Below are positions 1 through 12,314 of a stretch of DNA of 64,000 bases, piece by piece. Location of the stretch: the NCBI GenBank assembly GCA_002269645.1, contig NIVC01002477.1, positions 1-64,000 on the forward strand. Direction: 5' to 3'. The position numbers and the translations under genes were made by a program. The stretch's first letter is position 1. The number at the start of each line of letters is the position of its first letter. The notes beneath the pieces are model-generated. The model saw nothing but the letters and a program-made list of their open reading frames with translations. It ran no database searches and was not told the origin of the DNA. Source of the DNA: Macrostomum lignano. Taxonomy: Eukaryota.

Positions 1-134
1 GAGCGACCGTGAATTACGACTTTATAAGATGCTGGTGATTGTCAGCCTTTGCGATTTGCTGGAAGTCTGTGAGCTCTGGTTGGCTCGATGAATACGGATC
101 TTTTGAGGGCTCGTGTCTTCGTTGTCTGCTTCCT

Positions 135-617
135 GTCTTAGTGCACTTAGTGTCTTAATGTCTGGCTTAGTGCACTAGTGACTTAAGTGCACTTAGTGTC
201 TTAGTGTCTGGCTTAGTGCACTAGTGACTTAGTGCACTTAGTGTCTTAGTGTCTGGCTTAGTGCACTAGTGACTTAGTGCACCTAGTGTCTTAGTGTCTG
301 GCTTAGTGCACTAGTGACTTAGTGCACTTAGTGTCTTAGTGTCTGGCTTAGTGCACTAGTGACTTAGTGCACTTAGTGTCTTAGTGTCTGGCTTAGTGCA
401 CTAGTGACTTAGTGCACCTAGTGTCTTAGTGTCTGGCTTAGTGCACTAGTGACTTAAGTGCACTTAGTGTCTTAGTGTCTGGCTTAGTGCACTAGTGACT
501 TAGTGCACCTAGTGTCTTAGTGTCTGGCTTAGTGCACTAGTGACTTAGTGCACTTAGTGTCTTAGTGTCTGGCTTAGTGCACTAGTGACTTAAGTGCACT
601 TAGTGTCTTAGTGTCTG
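135..617. repeat. Minisatellite, 45-bp unit (TTAGTGTCTTAGTGTCTGGCTTAGTGCACTAGTGACTTAGTGCAC), about 10.5 copies, built of TAGTG sub-repeats
   Basis: Directly visible tandem periodicity of 45 bp (e.g. unit starts at 193 and 238). Confidence 0.95.
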
Positions 618-1300
618 CGTACAATATTAAAACTAGTGCGGGATACGCCAAAGGCTGCTTCAACTGATCTAGCCCGTCCAACCAAGGCTCTTTGATGGCA
701 CCAGAAGGCGATGCTCACTAGTTGAGTCCAGCATCTTTACAAAATCTCACTAAAAATCAAAATAACAGGCAACTACAGCCATGGTGCAGCTTCATTCAGT
801 AGACAAGCAGCGAATTACATGTAGCATCAAGCGGCGAATCGAATTGTCTCTCACAGTGGGTGGAGCAGTGGGCAATTTTTGTTCATTTACTCTCGTTTGG
901 TCTGCTACTGGACTTCACCGGATCTTTACAAGATGTCGGCCGAGTCTGCAGCACAAGATTTCAAGGTGACACCGACGATCCAGTTGAAATCAAAGACGCA
1001 TTCGTTCCTGAGTTCATCTGCGAGGAGTTTGATTTGCCGACTACCGACGACCCTGATGTACAACGACTTCTCTTGGAGTTCAAAGACTTCAGTAGAGAAA
1101 AAGCCGGGGCTAACTCGATCAGCCAGGACAGTGAGAGCTTTTGGCTATGGTTTAGATGTGGAGGTCCTGCAGTTAAACCTGTGGTCCAGGCTTTGCGAGT
1201 GAGGTCCAGGCATCGGACTTGCTTGCTTCTCCATGAAAATTTCCTTTCCATAGAGGGTACGAGGGGCTTCGTGGTCCAGAGTAGTCTAGTTTGTTGGTAG

Positions 1301-1474
1301 TGTAGTGAAACTACAAGAAAACTTAAGAGTTGAATGGAAATATATTTTATGAGTTTAACGATGTAAGGATTGGGGCGAGAAACTTAGCTGCGAGAAAGAA
1401 CTGTAAAAGGAAATTAGTCTATGGCAAATTATAACAACTGAGTCGCAAATAAAAAGTACAACAAAATACCCATA
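1301..1474 (-). repeat. 3' LTR of the Gypsy element (174 bp)
   Basis: Roughly 94% identical by eye to 5673-5845; preceded on the minus strand by the polypurine tract GGAGGGGGGAG (about 1478-1488). Confidence 0.93.
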
Positions 1475-1860
1475 CGACTCCCCCCTCCAATTGCGGAGCT
1501 CGGAGAAAACAGACTGTAACCGAAGTCTTAAATGGTTGAATAGCTTATATGATCAAAACGAAGCGGGTAGGACAGTTGAAATAAATTCTACATGAGAAAT
1601 CGAACATTAAAAAAAGAGAGAATATTGAGAAAAACTGTCAGAAGACGTTATACGTTACAAAGGTTAATAATAAATGTAATCATTTTGGCGAAAAATAACA
1701 AAGAACTTGTCGGTTCGCTGTTTCACGCGATACGGCCCTGAGTACGGCCCTCGAGCGGCGACCGCACACGATCGACCCGAACCCAGACGAATTCAGCCAT
1801 TTTCAGGTCCTTGGGTACGTAGCTCCGTGGTTCGTGCGTCGTCGCATGTGGACTCGGTAG

Positions 1861-4681
1861 CTATGTCAGCAGTTCCTGCAGCCGCGTCCGAATATCCGTT
1901 GGGGCGAGTGGTTCGGAAGTCAGAACGCGCGGAACCATCGGAAGCTCGCCGGTAACTCTGGTGAACGGTGATACTCCTTGATCGTCAGGTGCAACGTGCA
2001 TCGCGAGAAGAGCCACAGGTAGGTCTGTCAGCCAATCATTGCCTCGAGGACGTAGCATCGTCTTCAGGGTGCGATGGGCTCGCTTGAACTTGCCATTGGT
2101 TTGAGGGTGGTACGTCGTTGTGCGTAATCGATGAAAACCAATTGATGACGAGACCGAGTGAAAGAATTCTGATTCGAACTGGCGCCCGCGATCAGTGATT
2201 ACATACAGTGGCACTCCGTAGCGCGAGACCCAGGACGAGACGAATGCATGGGCGACTACTTCCGCGGTTATTGATTCCAGTGGTGTAGCTTCTAGCCAGC
2301 CAGTCGAGCGGTCGACCATCGTGAGAAGGTAGCGGGCAGACTGGTGGCCGAAGTGGTGGCATTAGCTGGTGGGAGTGGTCCTACAATATCGATGTGTACC
2401 ACCTCAAAGCGATTTGATGGTAGTGCAAAGGCCTGTTGCGGGGAGACAGTGTGACGAGTTACTTTACTCCGTTGGCAGTCCTGGCAGTTCCAGCAGTAGG
2501 TCTTGATGGACTTGCACATTCCGGGCCAAAAGTAACGTTCTGTGATCAGTTTTGCTGTTTTACGGTAGCCGAAATGACCAAGTCGATGGAAGGAAGCAAT
2601 CACGGCGTCGCGGAGAGACGGCGGAATGATCGGGCGAGGATACAGCGTTGACGTCTCACACCAAACGACGACGTCTTTGTCCAGAGAATACAATCGAATA
2701 TTTCGTGCCGGTGAGAACGACTCCGGTCGTTGTCCTTCAGCGATACTGGGCAGATCAACAGGGAATTGGCTTGATGGGGCAGCGACTACAGCGTCTGTTG
2801 CGATGTTGGACACGTGATTATTCACTGGGAAGTCAGGCAGTCGAGAAAGGGCATCTGCTATTACGTTGTCTGCACCGCGAATGTACTGGAAATCTGCCAC
2901 GTACTCGGAAAAAAACGGTCAAGTAGTCCTGATTGCGATCTGACGTAGTGGTGCGATTGGCGTGGAAGGCCTGAGCTAGTGGTTTATGATCGGTGAACAA
3001 GGTCACGATCCGTCCTTCAATGAGGCTGCGGAAGTGCAACACTGCCAGGTACGCTCGTACGCCGCGAGTAGTTCTCGGTCGAACGTGATGTACGTCCTTT
3101 GGGATGACGACAACTTCTTGCTGAACATGCCGAGAGGTGACGTTCCGGTTGAAGAGGTTTGATGAAGAACGGCACCAACACAGTCGGCTGAGGCATCAGT
3201 GTACAGGTATCTCCCCGCAGTACAGTTTGGGTCCGGATGATGCAGAAATAGTCTCTCTGAGAGAACTTGTTTGATGTTTTCGAAAGATTTCTGATGCTGC
3301 TCTGTCCATTGTAAGTTTCCTGCTGACTGTAGTCTTGCAGCGGATAGATGCAGTCAGCGAAATTTGGAACGAATCGGTGGTAGAACCCGACGACGCCGAG
3401 GAAGCGCCGAAGTGCGTTCGAATCCGTGGGTGTCGGTCAGTCAGTGATTATTTGGATCTTCTTCTGGAGAGGTCTTATTCCTTCAGGAGTCACGCGGTGG
3501 CCAAGTAAATCTACCTCGGACTGAAAGAATTCACATTTCTTCAAGTGAACCTGCAGTCCGTGTGTTCTTAGGCGGTCTAAAACTTGTTCTAAATGCGAGT
3601 AGTGGTCCTCTCGAGTCTTCGAGAATGTCAGGACATCAACGATGTAAGAGATAACGAATGACAGTCCGTGAAAAACAGAGTCGATGAAATGTTTAAATGT
3701 TTGTGCTGCATTCCTCAGGCCGAAGGGCATGCATGTGTACTCGAACAATCTAAACGATGTGGTGATAGCGGTTTTTCAGATATCCTCTTCTGCGATTAGA
3801 ATTTGATGAAAGGCGCGAACAAGGTCTAACTTTGAAAACACAGTGCTTCCGTGTAGGTACCGAGTGAAGGTTTGAATATGTGGAACCGGATAGTTGTCCG
3901 GCTTTGTTGGTTTGTTCAGTTCACGATAGTCACCGCACGGACGCCAGCCAGCTCCCTTGGTGCCATGTGGAGGGGTGACGCCCAAGCGCTTGAGGATGGT
4001 CTGAGGTAGCCGGCATCGATTAGCTGCTGAAACTCCTGCTTTACAGCCTGCAGTTTTGCAGGGTGCAGTTGCCGGGGTCGCAAGTGAACCGGTTGTCCAC
4101 TACCAGTGTCTAGCCGGTGAACAGTGTCGTGCTTGACCTCTGAAGCTGGCGGAAGGGCTCCGCCTTCAACGAAAGAAAAACAATCTGCAAACTTTGTAAA
4201 CAGCGTACTCGTCCGAGAATCCAGGTTGAGTGGCAGTTCTACCGACACAGTGAATGGGCAGAATGAACATTTGAAATTGACAAGGTAACAGTGGACAGTC
4301 CTGTTTCTGAGTCTCGAACGTGTTTGCGCTGGCAATCGACAACTGGCAAATCGACAATCTGGCAATCGACAACTAACCCATGGTGAGCCAAGAAGTCGTA
4401 ACCAATGATGGGTTTTACCACTGAGGCGACGAGAAAGGTCCACTGGAAGCGCGTCGCAAACGGTGGATTGAGACATCCAGTAGGACCGACCCGCAAACTG
4501 GTATGGCGGCTCCGGTAGCAGTAATTAAACGAACGTTTGTATCTTGAACGAGTACGTTAACGAGGTGAGGTGGAACAATGGAAACCGAAGCTCCGGTATC
4601 CACAAGAAACTTGCTGTATGTATTGTTGATTTTAACATCTAACTCCAAACAGGTGGTCGATGGTATCTTGGCACTGCGCAC
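1861..4681 (-). pseudogene. pol: Frameshifted pol: aspartic protease, RT, RNase H, integrase
   Basis: FLVDTGASVS (4415-4681 ORF); KPIIGYDFL; WRPCGDYRELN, FSKLDLVRAFHQI, MPFGLRNAAQTF, with YIDD mutated to YIVD; RNase H LFTDHKPL; integrase HHCC (H..GH...C..CQ), VHIDIVGPLP and HPQTNG with the catalytic Glu changed to Lys. Split over several frames. Confidence 0.92.
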
Positions 4682-4762
4682 CGCGACCTCGGTCGCAGTG
4701 CGACTTAGCTTTTTGGCTGTCGAGAAGGTGATGGTGAACGCGACTGAGATGGCGTTTTTTCA

Positions 4763-5607
4763 TTAGGATGCGGCACTCGGATCGGAAGCGAGCTGTCCTT
4801 GGGAAACTGGCACCAGGGGCGACACGACTATGGCGGCCATAGTAGAGGTGTGAGCGGCAAACGACGGGGCGTTGGCCAGGCTTAAATGGGTCTGTTCCAG
4901 TGGGCTTACCAGGTGCATGTCGTTGTGGAGCTTGCTCAGAACGCTGTTAGGGTGTCCGGTCTGCACCGGTCTGCTGAATTGGGCAAACCGTCGCTGGTGA
5001 TGGAGAGCTAAGGCCTCTAACGATCAACATTGAGTCAGCAATCTCGGAAATTTGCTGGGATGACTGCTGTTGGAATCCCAAAAGTGCGATACGAAGGTCC
5101 TGGGGTAGACAGCGCATCAGCGTGGCGTTGAGGAGTTCCTCGTCGGGCTGTATCCGGCACTGCTCCATCTTGCTCCGGAGCTTGCGCATGAAAATTGATG
5201 GCTTGTCTCCTCCGAGGTCCGAGACTTGCAATACTTCCGAAACCTTCTCCTGCTGGGACTTCTGCTGAGTTGATGTTATCGTTGTCTTCAATTGTTCGTA
5301 CTGTTTTGGGAGTCTGAGCGGACAAATGCAGGGCCGCGATATCTTCCGGTAGATGAGAAACTAGGTGGTAAAATTTGGCGGTCTCGTTGGTCACCCTGTT
5401 GAGCATAAATTGGGCCTCCAGCGTGAGGAACCATGCTTCCGGGTTGTTGCGATAGAAGATTGGCAGCTTCAGGTGGGCCAGGGAGACTATAGCGGTGTCG
5501 GCGGCGTTTCCTAATGCAGGTGTAACCACTGGTGCGGCCGAACTTGGTGCGGCTTGCGTGGTTGTAGGTGATGTAGGAGCGGAACTGTTGCTGGCACTGT
5601 CCGTCAT
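4763..5607 (-). pseudogene. gag: Frameshifted gag
   Basis: LKLPIFYRNNPEAWFLTLEAQF...KFYHLVSHL and KPSIFMRKLRSK..., typical of Gypsy gag N-termini, split between ORFs 5035-5607 and 4947-5291. Confidence 0.85.
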
Positions 5608-5672
5608 TGGATTCGTCTTATGTGAGTACTGAGTATGCGGGTAATATCTTTCGCCGCCTCACCAGACCAATT

Positions 5673-5845
5673 TGTAGTAAAACTATAAGAAAACTTAAGA
5701 GTTGAATTGCAAATATATTTTATGAGTTAACGATGTAAGGATTGGGGCGAGAAACTTAACTGCGAGAAAGAACTGTAAAAAGAAAATTAGTCTGGCAAAT
5801 TATGACAACTGAGTCGCAAATAAAAAGTATAACAAAATACCCATA
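5673..5845 (-). repeat. 5' LTR of the Gypsy element (173 bp), followed by PBS-like AATTGGTCTGGTGAGGCGGCG
   Basis: Direct repeat of 1301-1474; PBS-like sequence at about 5652-5672 on the minus strand. Confidence 0.92.
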
Positions 5846-6912
5846 GTAGGTAGACATGACCGCTGTGGTTTTCGACTCTGAGAGTCTGAGACCAAGTCTG
5901 AGACCAGACACTCTCTGGACAGGTGCAATTTCTGAGCAAGGTGAGTGTGGGTAGCCCTGGACTCTAAGCTCTCTGCCAAAGGCCTCGAAGAGGACATTTG
6001 TCGAAGGCCCCCTGAATGTTCAGGAAAAGCAATCAGTTCAAGACTTGATAGACGACACAGGCTAAACAGTCGAGATGTAAGTGTTTGGTATTTAAATTAA
6101 GCCGTATGTAATAATAATCGGAATTGATTCTTCAGATGGGATCCTGGGGCATTTTTCTTGACGCAATAATAATTTGGCGGTACCAGTAAATATAACCAAG
6201 AGAAGTAACACAACAGCTAATTGACTCCTATAGTAACTAGTAGCGAGTAACTTCTAGTGTTCTTTGTGCGGACCTGGAGGAAATGGATGAAGCAACAAGT
6301 TAGTGAAACACATCTACCGATGAAAATACCTCGTATTGGCTATCTCATGAAATGCCTGCATCGTTAAGGACAAAACAGAGCTAGACTAGCTAGAGCAACG
6401 CGTAACTCAATACGCGCAGCCTCATCAAGGATGCGGTGGATCAGCTGATAGTGAGAGCTAGCAAAAACAATTAGATAGCTAAGTGAGTCGAAATTTAGTC
6501 ATATTAAAAATAATTTTTACAATTTTATCTGCAGAAACAGTTTTACATGCCCAGCTGAAAGAACTCACTCAGCTACAAAATTATAGTTGATTTTTTCAAC
6601 TCGTGAATTTTACATGTATTTAGGTAAAGCACTCTTTTGAGAATCAAAAAAATGTTTGTTGTCATTTGTATGCATAGATAATCAATTCAAGAATTCCATT
6701 CGACAAATTGAATGCTCTGGTAGATTAATGTTTGAATTAAGATAAAATTTTTCACAGAAAGGAATGTCAGTTTTTGTTTAAATTAAAATTCCATTGTAGC
6801 TACTGAAATTCAATAAAAACGACTTTAAAAAGCAAGAACCATTTTAATATTATGTGAGAAAAACATTTTACCGGCTATAATTAATTTTCTTGATTAAACA
6901 GACAAACAAGCG

Positions 6913-8701
6913 ATGCAGATGTCCTTAGCCACAAGCACTGCTGTCTTGCTGATAAGCGCTGCCATTTTGGCCAACTTCTTTACACACGTGGAGTCCCGTA
7001 AGTTGACAACTCAAGATGTTTTCTTGTGTGTTGCTTTTACTGCCGAATTTCAGATGATGTCAATCCTACATTGAATTAATTATCTGTCATAAGTCCACCT
7101 AGGAAAAAACATACAAGTTAAGTAACTATTTTGTTAAATTTAGCTTAAAATTCTTTAGCGAGGAATTGGGGGGTCCGTAGGGAATAGCTGAGATGTCAAG
7201 ACTCAGAGTATGATTGCTGAAATGCTGTGGCTCAAGACTCCTGGAAGAATCGCTTCAATTCCAAAGCCAAAAGGGGGTGCTGTCATGCTGATATCAACTA
7301 ACAATAGTAACTGTAAAAGGTCAAAAGCCGCATGTTCTAGTTTATTCAAAAAATTGATTCCTTACCTTTTGCTTCCCCCAATGAGGGGCGAAGATTGCTA
7401 GTCCTATATACTAAATATAGTCCTTATGTATATCCTTAATGTATCTTCTCCAACGGGTTTTTCTTGACCAAACCTTATGCAGCGCACTATCAAAAATGAA
7501 ATATTTGCGAAATCTGCTTCATTACTCTTCATTTAGTCTTCTTTTCAATTTTGTCGTCATTGGAAATAAGCATCGAAAAGCACACATTTGGTTTGTTTTC
7601 AAAATAACAAAAACTATCTGGGAATTCAAAATGCATAAATCTCGAGGATTAATTGCTCAAAAGTTGAGAAAGTTCCACCTCGAGAATGCATTTTGAACCG
7701 AAACTGGTTTTCAGTGAAAGTTTCTTGTGCGAGTGTAGCACATTTCTAATTGTGCAGTTCGATATTTCTCCTATCGCTGTCAGAGTGCTACATATTTTAC
7801 CTATAATGCGTTTACTTTAACAACATATCACCATCTATCAATACACCCAGTTCGCAAAAAAAATTGTCAAAACAATTTCAGTCATGATCAGCAAAAAATG
7901 TAAGTCTTTTCTTCTTTAAAATTATTCTGCAAATACGTGCACTCGTGGTATAGGCGTTGCTGCATTTGCAAGCCGCGCAATATCCCCCATTCTGACAATA
8001 AAGTTTTTGCCATAGACTACGATGCGGAGGGGCAAAGGAGCTCAACGTTGAACGCGTCTGACTCCTTCGCCACGAACGTGGAGGAAGGAATAGAATGGAG
8101 TGCTAATCTGTGCCAGTTATTTTTGTCTCGCTCGATCGACCTTCACTTTTTTAGCATCCCTTTCCTCCCGTTCCTTCCTATTGGCTACATTTATACATTT
8201 CAGAGGTAAATGTATGTCCCACAACGGCAACGTCTGCACAGAAAATGAGTGCTTATATTATTTAATTGCTTTACCTAATTGCTCTGATGTGACTTTAGAC
8301 TGAGACCTACTCACATTGCCGGTAGAGAGTAGTGGGCAACGCAGCGTGTTGGCACTTTTAACTGTATTATTTTCAGTCGTCTCATGCATTTTTCAGACGA
8401 GTACCAAGGTTGCTTCGTACATGCCCGAGAAGCACAAGCAATACCGTTAGGGCACAAAGTGGACAACTCGTCCAAAATGACTGCGGACGTCTGCGCTGAG
8501 GACTGCAGCTGGAATGACTACGCTTACTTCGGGCTAAAGTCCGGTTCAGAGTGCTGGTGCGGCAACCGAATTAACTCAATCAAAATTTCATTCAACTTTT
8601 GCAACAGGATTTGCAATGGCAACTTCCAAGAAACATGCGGCGGGAGCAGTCATGTGCAAATTTACAAGGGAGTCAGTCTTGCCAGCTTGAAGAAAAAGTA
8701 A
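6913..8701 (+). CDS. Secreted WSC-domain protein (about 130 aa); exons 6913-6997 and 8397-8701
   Basis: Exon 1 encodes signal peptide MQMSLATSTAVLLISAAILANFFTHVES and ends at C|GTAAGT (phase 1). Exon 2 begins after TTTCAG| in matching phase and encodes YQGCF...MTADVCAEDC...YAYFGLKSGSECWCGN...CNRICNG...TCGG...IY with the 8 WSC cysteines. A GTAAGT overlapping the stop could mean a further exon. Confidence 0.85.
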
Positions 8702-8717
8702 GTCGCGTGCCATTGTT

Positions 8718-9372
8718 GAAACACCTCTCTACTACAGCACTCCACTACAGCAACTCTCCACTACAGCACTCCACTACAGCATTACTCCACTACAGCACTC
8801 CACTACAGCACCTCTCCACTACAGCACTCCACTACAGCACCTCTCCACTACAGCACTCCACTACAGCATTACTCCACTAGAGCACTCCACTACAGCACTC
8901 CACTACAGCACTCCACTACAGCATTACTCCACTACAGCACTCCACTACAGCATTACTCCGCTACAGCATTACTCCACTACAGCATTACTCCACTACAGCA
9001 TTCCACTACAGCACTCCACTACAGCATTACTCCACTACAGCATTCCACTAAAGCTTTACTCCACTACAGCATTCCACTACAGCACTCCACTACAGCATTA
9101 CTCCACTACAGCATTCCACTACAGCACTCCACTACAGCATTACTCCCCTACAGCATTTCACTACAGCACTCCACTACAGCATTCCACTACAGCACTCCAC
9201 TACAGCATTACTCCCCTACAGCATTTCACTACAGCACTCCACTACAGCATTCCACTACAGCACTCCACTACAGCACTCCACTACAGCATTACTCCACTAC
9301 AGCATTACTCCAATACAGCATTACTCCACTACAGCATTTCACTACAGCACAACTCCACTCCACCACTCCACT
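8718..9372. repeat. Minisatellite, 13/16-bp units CCACTACAGCA(TTA)CT
   Basis: Visible tandem array starting about 17 bp after the WSC stop/donor. Confidence 0.95.
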
Positions 9373-9724
9373 AGTCAAGGACGGCTCCAACAAGATCCTA
9401 CTGGACCAGGCTGCCAATAATGCGGCCGTACATAAGAGATTGTGGGCCAGTAGCTGCAACAACCAATGTTCATCTAACTTTTTCAGACTGCATATTAATG
9501 ACACAAAATGTTTCGGAATGCTCGTGTTTGAAATATTGCTCTCTGATCAATCTAATAACCCAAAGCTGCATTCATGATGTGAGAGCCGATAAAGCCACAA
9601 ATAAACTGATTTCGTGCAATCTCAGCCTTTCCTTTTTCCGTTAAAATTTCTTTGACAAACTCTCGGCTGATGCTGAGACAGCATGTCATTACTGTGTATT
9701 GAATTGCTCGCATTTAGGAGCTAA

Positions 9725-9880
9725 ATACAGCTGAATAACTTATCTAACAGCTGAATAGCATATCTAACAGATGAATAACATATCTAACAGCTGAATAGCA
9801 TATCTAACAGATGAATAACATATCTAACAGATGAATAGCATCTCTAACAGCTGAATAGCAGATCTAACAACAGAATAACA
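9725..9880. repeat. 20-bp tandem repeat AACAGCTGAATAGCATATCT, about 7 copies
   Basis: Direct inspection. Confidence 0.9.
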
Positions 9881-10057
9881 TATCAAATAAAAATACGCTC
9901 GTACGCATCAAAATCAAAACAGAAGAAGAACAATAAGTAATATTGTGGGTTTTTATTGGATTAATAGAAAAAAGTGGATGAAGGCCAGATTTTGCGGTTT
10001 TTACATCTGTTCATTAGGGCAGGTGTAATCAATCATTGTTATTATTTACATTGATAT

Positions 10058-10310
10058 AGTGCCTTAGTGTACTAGTGCATTATTGTAATAGTGCCTTAGT
10101 GTACTAGTGCCTTAGTGTACTAGTGCCTTAGTGTACTAGTGCCTTAGTGTAATAGTGCCTTAGTGTACTAGTGCCTTAGTGTACTAGTGCCTTAGTGTAA
10201 TAGTGCCTTAGTGTACTAGTGCCTTAGTGTACTAGTGCCTTAGTGTAATAGTGCCTTAGTGTAATAGTGCCTTAGTGTACTAGTGCCTTCGTGTACTAGT
10301 AGTGCCTTAG
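10058..10310. repeat. 16-bp tandem repeat TAGTGCCTTAGTGTAC, about 15 copies
   Basis: Direct inspection; TAGTG family. Confidence 0.93.
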
Positions 10311-10868
10311 TGCTTTACTGATAAGTCGTACACGCTGACAGACCCGCTCGAACAGCAAGCTGACGTGGGAGCGCACTGGCCTACTGCTACCTTCAAGATA
10401 ATCGCCGATCGATTCACTATCGCGGCACTGCAACGCCGCCCTGGCCTTGGTCCAACCAAACGACCTGTTGCACCGTCAGGAACTCCAGCTGGAAGCACGC
10501 ATCATCCGCTCTGAGTCTGCCCTTACCAGAGTTCGACCACCCGCTGATTCAACAATGCCTGTAGCGGCCAATTTTTTCCGAACATTCGAAAAAGTTGTTC
10601 AGTAGTGACTACTTACAGTAACTTGCTCGCGTGCATACAATTTTATTGAGAAAAATTCAATCAAAACAGATGGAACGCGCGCTCTTCAAGTGTTACAGAA
10701 ACTCCAGGCAAAAACGGAAAATTTGTGGCGTTGATTTTATTTTTATTTTACAAATTCGCGAAACTTTCAGCGCCGACTGGAGACACGTACGAGTTCCGTT
10801 AGTTTTTTTTGAAGAGAAAAAAAAACTATTTTTAAATGGTGTTTGAATGTTCCAAACGCAACGGTTTT

Positions 10869-11282
10869 TCATTCGATCTCGTTGACATTTTTCACGATCC
10901 AGTCTACCAGTCGCTGTTTGATGCTATCGTAGCTCATGTTCTCAAAGTTCAGGTCGAGTCGCAGCGGCTCGTACTCAAAACCGGACGGTGCCCACATCTG
11001 CACGTAGGGCACGGTGACTACGTCCTTCACCTCGGGTATGTTTGGCCGCTGACATTTTGACGTGTCAAGTGCAGACATTCGGATGGCCAGCTTGGCGTTA
11101 ACCAGGCCCTTGGACTTCCACTGGCCTAATGACCATCTGCTCAGATCGTCGAAAATCGGTATGAGCTTACTCTGACAGATCTGGCAGGTCTGGGCGCTGT
11201 AGAGCAGCACCTCGACTCGCTGGCTTCTGTACTTGTAGCGCACAATCTCCTCTGCGCTGATCCAGGCTAGCGAGGCAGCCAT
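10869..11282 (-). CDS. Thioredoxin-fold protein, 137 aa, CQIC motif, intronless
   Basis: ATG-initiated non-repetitive ORF; VEVLLYSAQTCQICQSKLIPIFDDLS matches the Trx strand-CxxC-helix pattern (P.F..L); TVPY matches the cis-Pro loop followed by a beta strand. Confidence 0.75.
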   Translation of the reverse strand: MAASLAWISAEEIVRYKYRSQRVEVLLYSAQTCQICQSKLIPIFDDLSRWSLGQWKSKGLVNAKLAIRMSALDTSKCQRPNIPEVKDVVTVPYVQMWAPSGFEYEPLRLDLNFENMSYDSIKQRLVDWIVKNVNEIE

Positions 11283-12314
11283 GACTGCTGGCCGGCTTCC
11301 TTGACAAATCGGTCAATTGATAACTCTTGCTTAGCGCATGACTGGATGGATTATAATTAAATGCTTACTAGTAGCTCCTACTAGAACTGGCCATAGACTA
11401 TACACGAGTTCGAGTTGAAGCGAGATGGGTTAAGTGCCAGGGCTATTTTTAGAACCCGCTTAGCAACTAAAACAATAGGGGGAATATGCTATACGAGTAA
11501 TAGAATTAGAGTTGAGTTGAATATTCGGCGAGTCGGGTTGTTGGATACAAAAGCGGGCCTTCTCTATTGACTATTGTCTCTCCTCTATTTGCTCATATAT
11601 TGCGACATTCATATTGATAGTTTATACAGTATCAATTATTCAATTAATAAAGAAACTCAGAAAAAATGGTTTAACTTGTATACATTGTATGAAATTATCG
11701 TTGAAAAAAAACTTTTTTTTCAGTACAAATTGCTTCGAGCGGTATCTCAGTTTTAATCAGTCTAATATTTCACAGCTACGCTACACACGGTGGGAAGACG
11801 ACAGACACAAGGGAAGAAGCGCGTGAGCCTCCGGACAGTTGCAGCAAATAAGTTAAGCCCAGCTTTCTTATCTATACGTTGGATTTAATTCCTGCAAACG
11901 CTTTTGCTGTCCATGAATAACAGATAAAAGCTGCTGTTTAAAGGAATGGAGGGGGTATATTGCAGTGTGGACGCTTAACTCTATATTTGCAAACAAATTA
12001 CACTATGGTTAATATCTCTGTGTCCCATGTATATCCTGCCCTGATAAGGATAAACGCGAATTTCTGGGCTGCCTAATGTAATGAGTAGGGAAGAGGAGTT
12101 GTTTAGATAATAACTGAAGTCTCCATGAAATCTCCTGAAATAACCCAGATATGATCGAGAGGTTTGGTAGTTTGAGTTGAGGGAGAAATTTACACAAGTT
12201 TCTGTTCGGTGTTGAGCCTCTGGGATTCATAAAGGTTTCATGGAAAAAATATTTTCAATTTGAACTCAAAGCTTGATCTTTTTTAACTCGGTTCATAAAT
12301 ATTGTATCTTCGCG

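Larger units (their letters stand above)
1301..5845 (-). mobile_element. Full-length but decayed Ty3/Gypsy LTR retrotransposon (4545 bp), CsRn1/Kabuki-like gag and protease
   Basis: Direct-repeat LTRs at 1301-1474 and 5673-5845; identical 4-bp flanks GTAG (1297-1300, 5846-5849); domain order gag-PR-RT-RH-IN on the minus strand; PPT next to the 3' LTR; TGG-containing PBS-like sequence next to the 5' LTR. Confidence 0.95.
900..6030 (-). mobile_element. Degenerate non-LTR retrotransposon (LINE) reverse-transcriptase relic, interrupted by the Gypsy insertion
   Basis: Minus strand 5997-6026 reads FLNIQGAFDK, resembling the LINE RT motif FLD(I/L)xGAFD. Left of the insertion the minus strand reads SKQVRCL..LDHR, loosely like the post-RT V(K/R)YLG..LD segment. 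Stops and frameshifts throughout; boundaries uncertain. Confidence 0.4.

Noticed and set aside
860-1300. 146-aa + strand ORF ending at the LTR boundary
   Set aside because: No recognisable domain; lies in what appears to be a decayed retroelement on the opposite strand.
10307-10560. GC-rich island with a WD40-like GSVSVYDL peptide on the minus strand
   Set aside because: No consistent splice pair or start codon could be assembled; a single short motif is insufficient.
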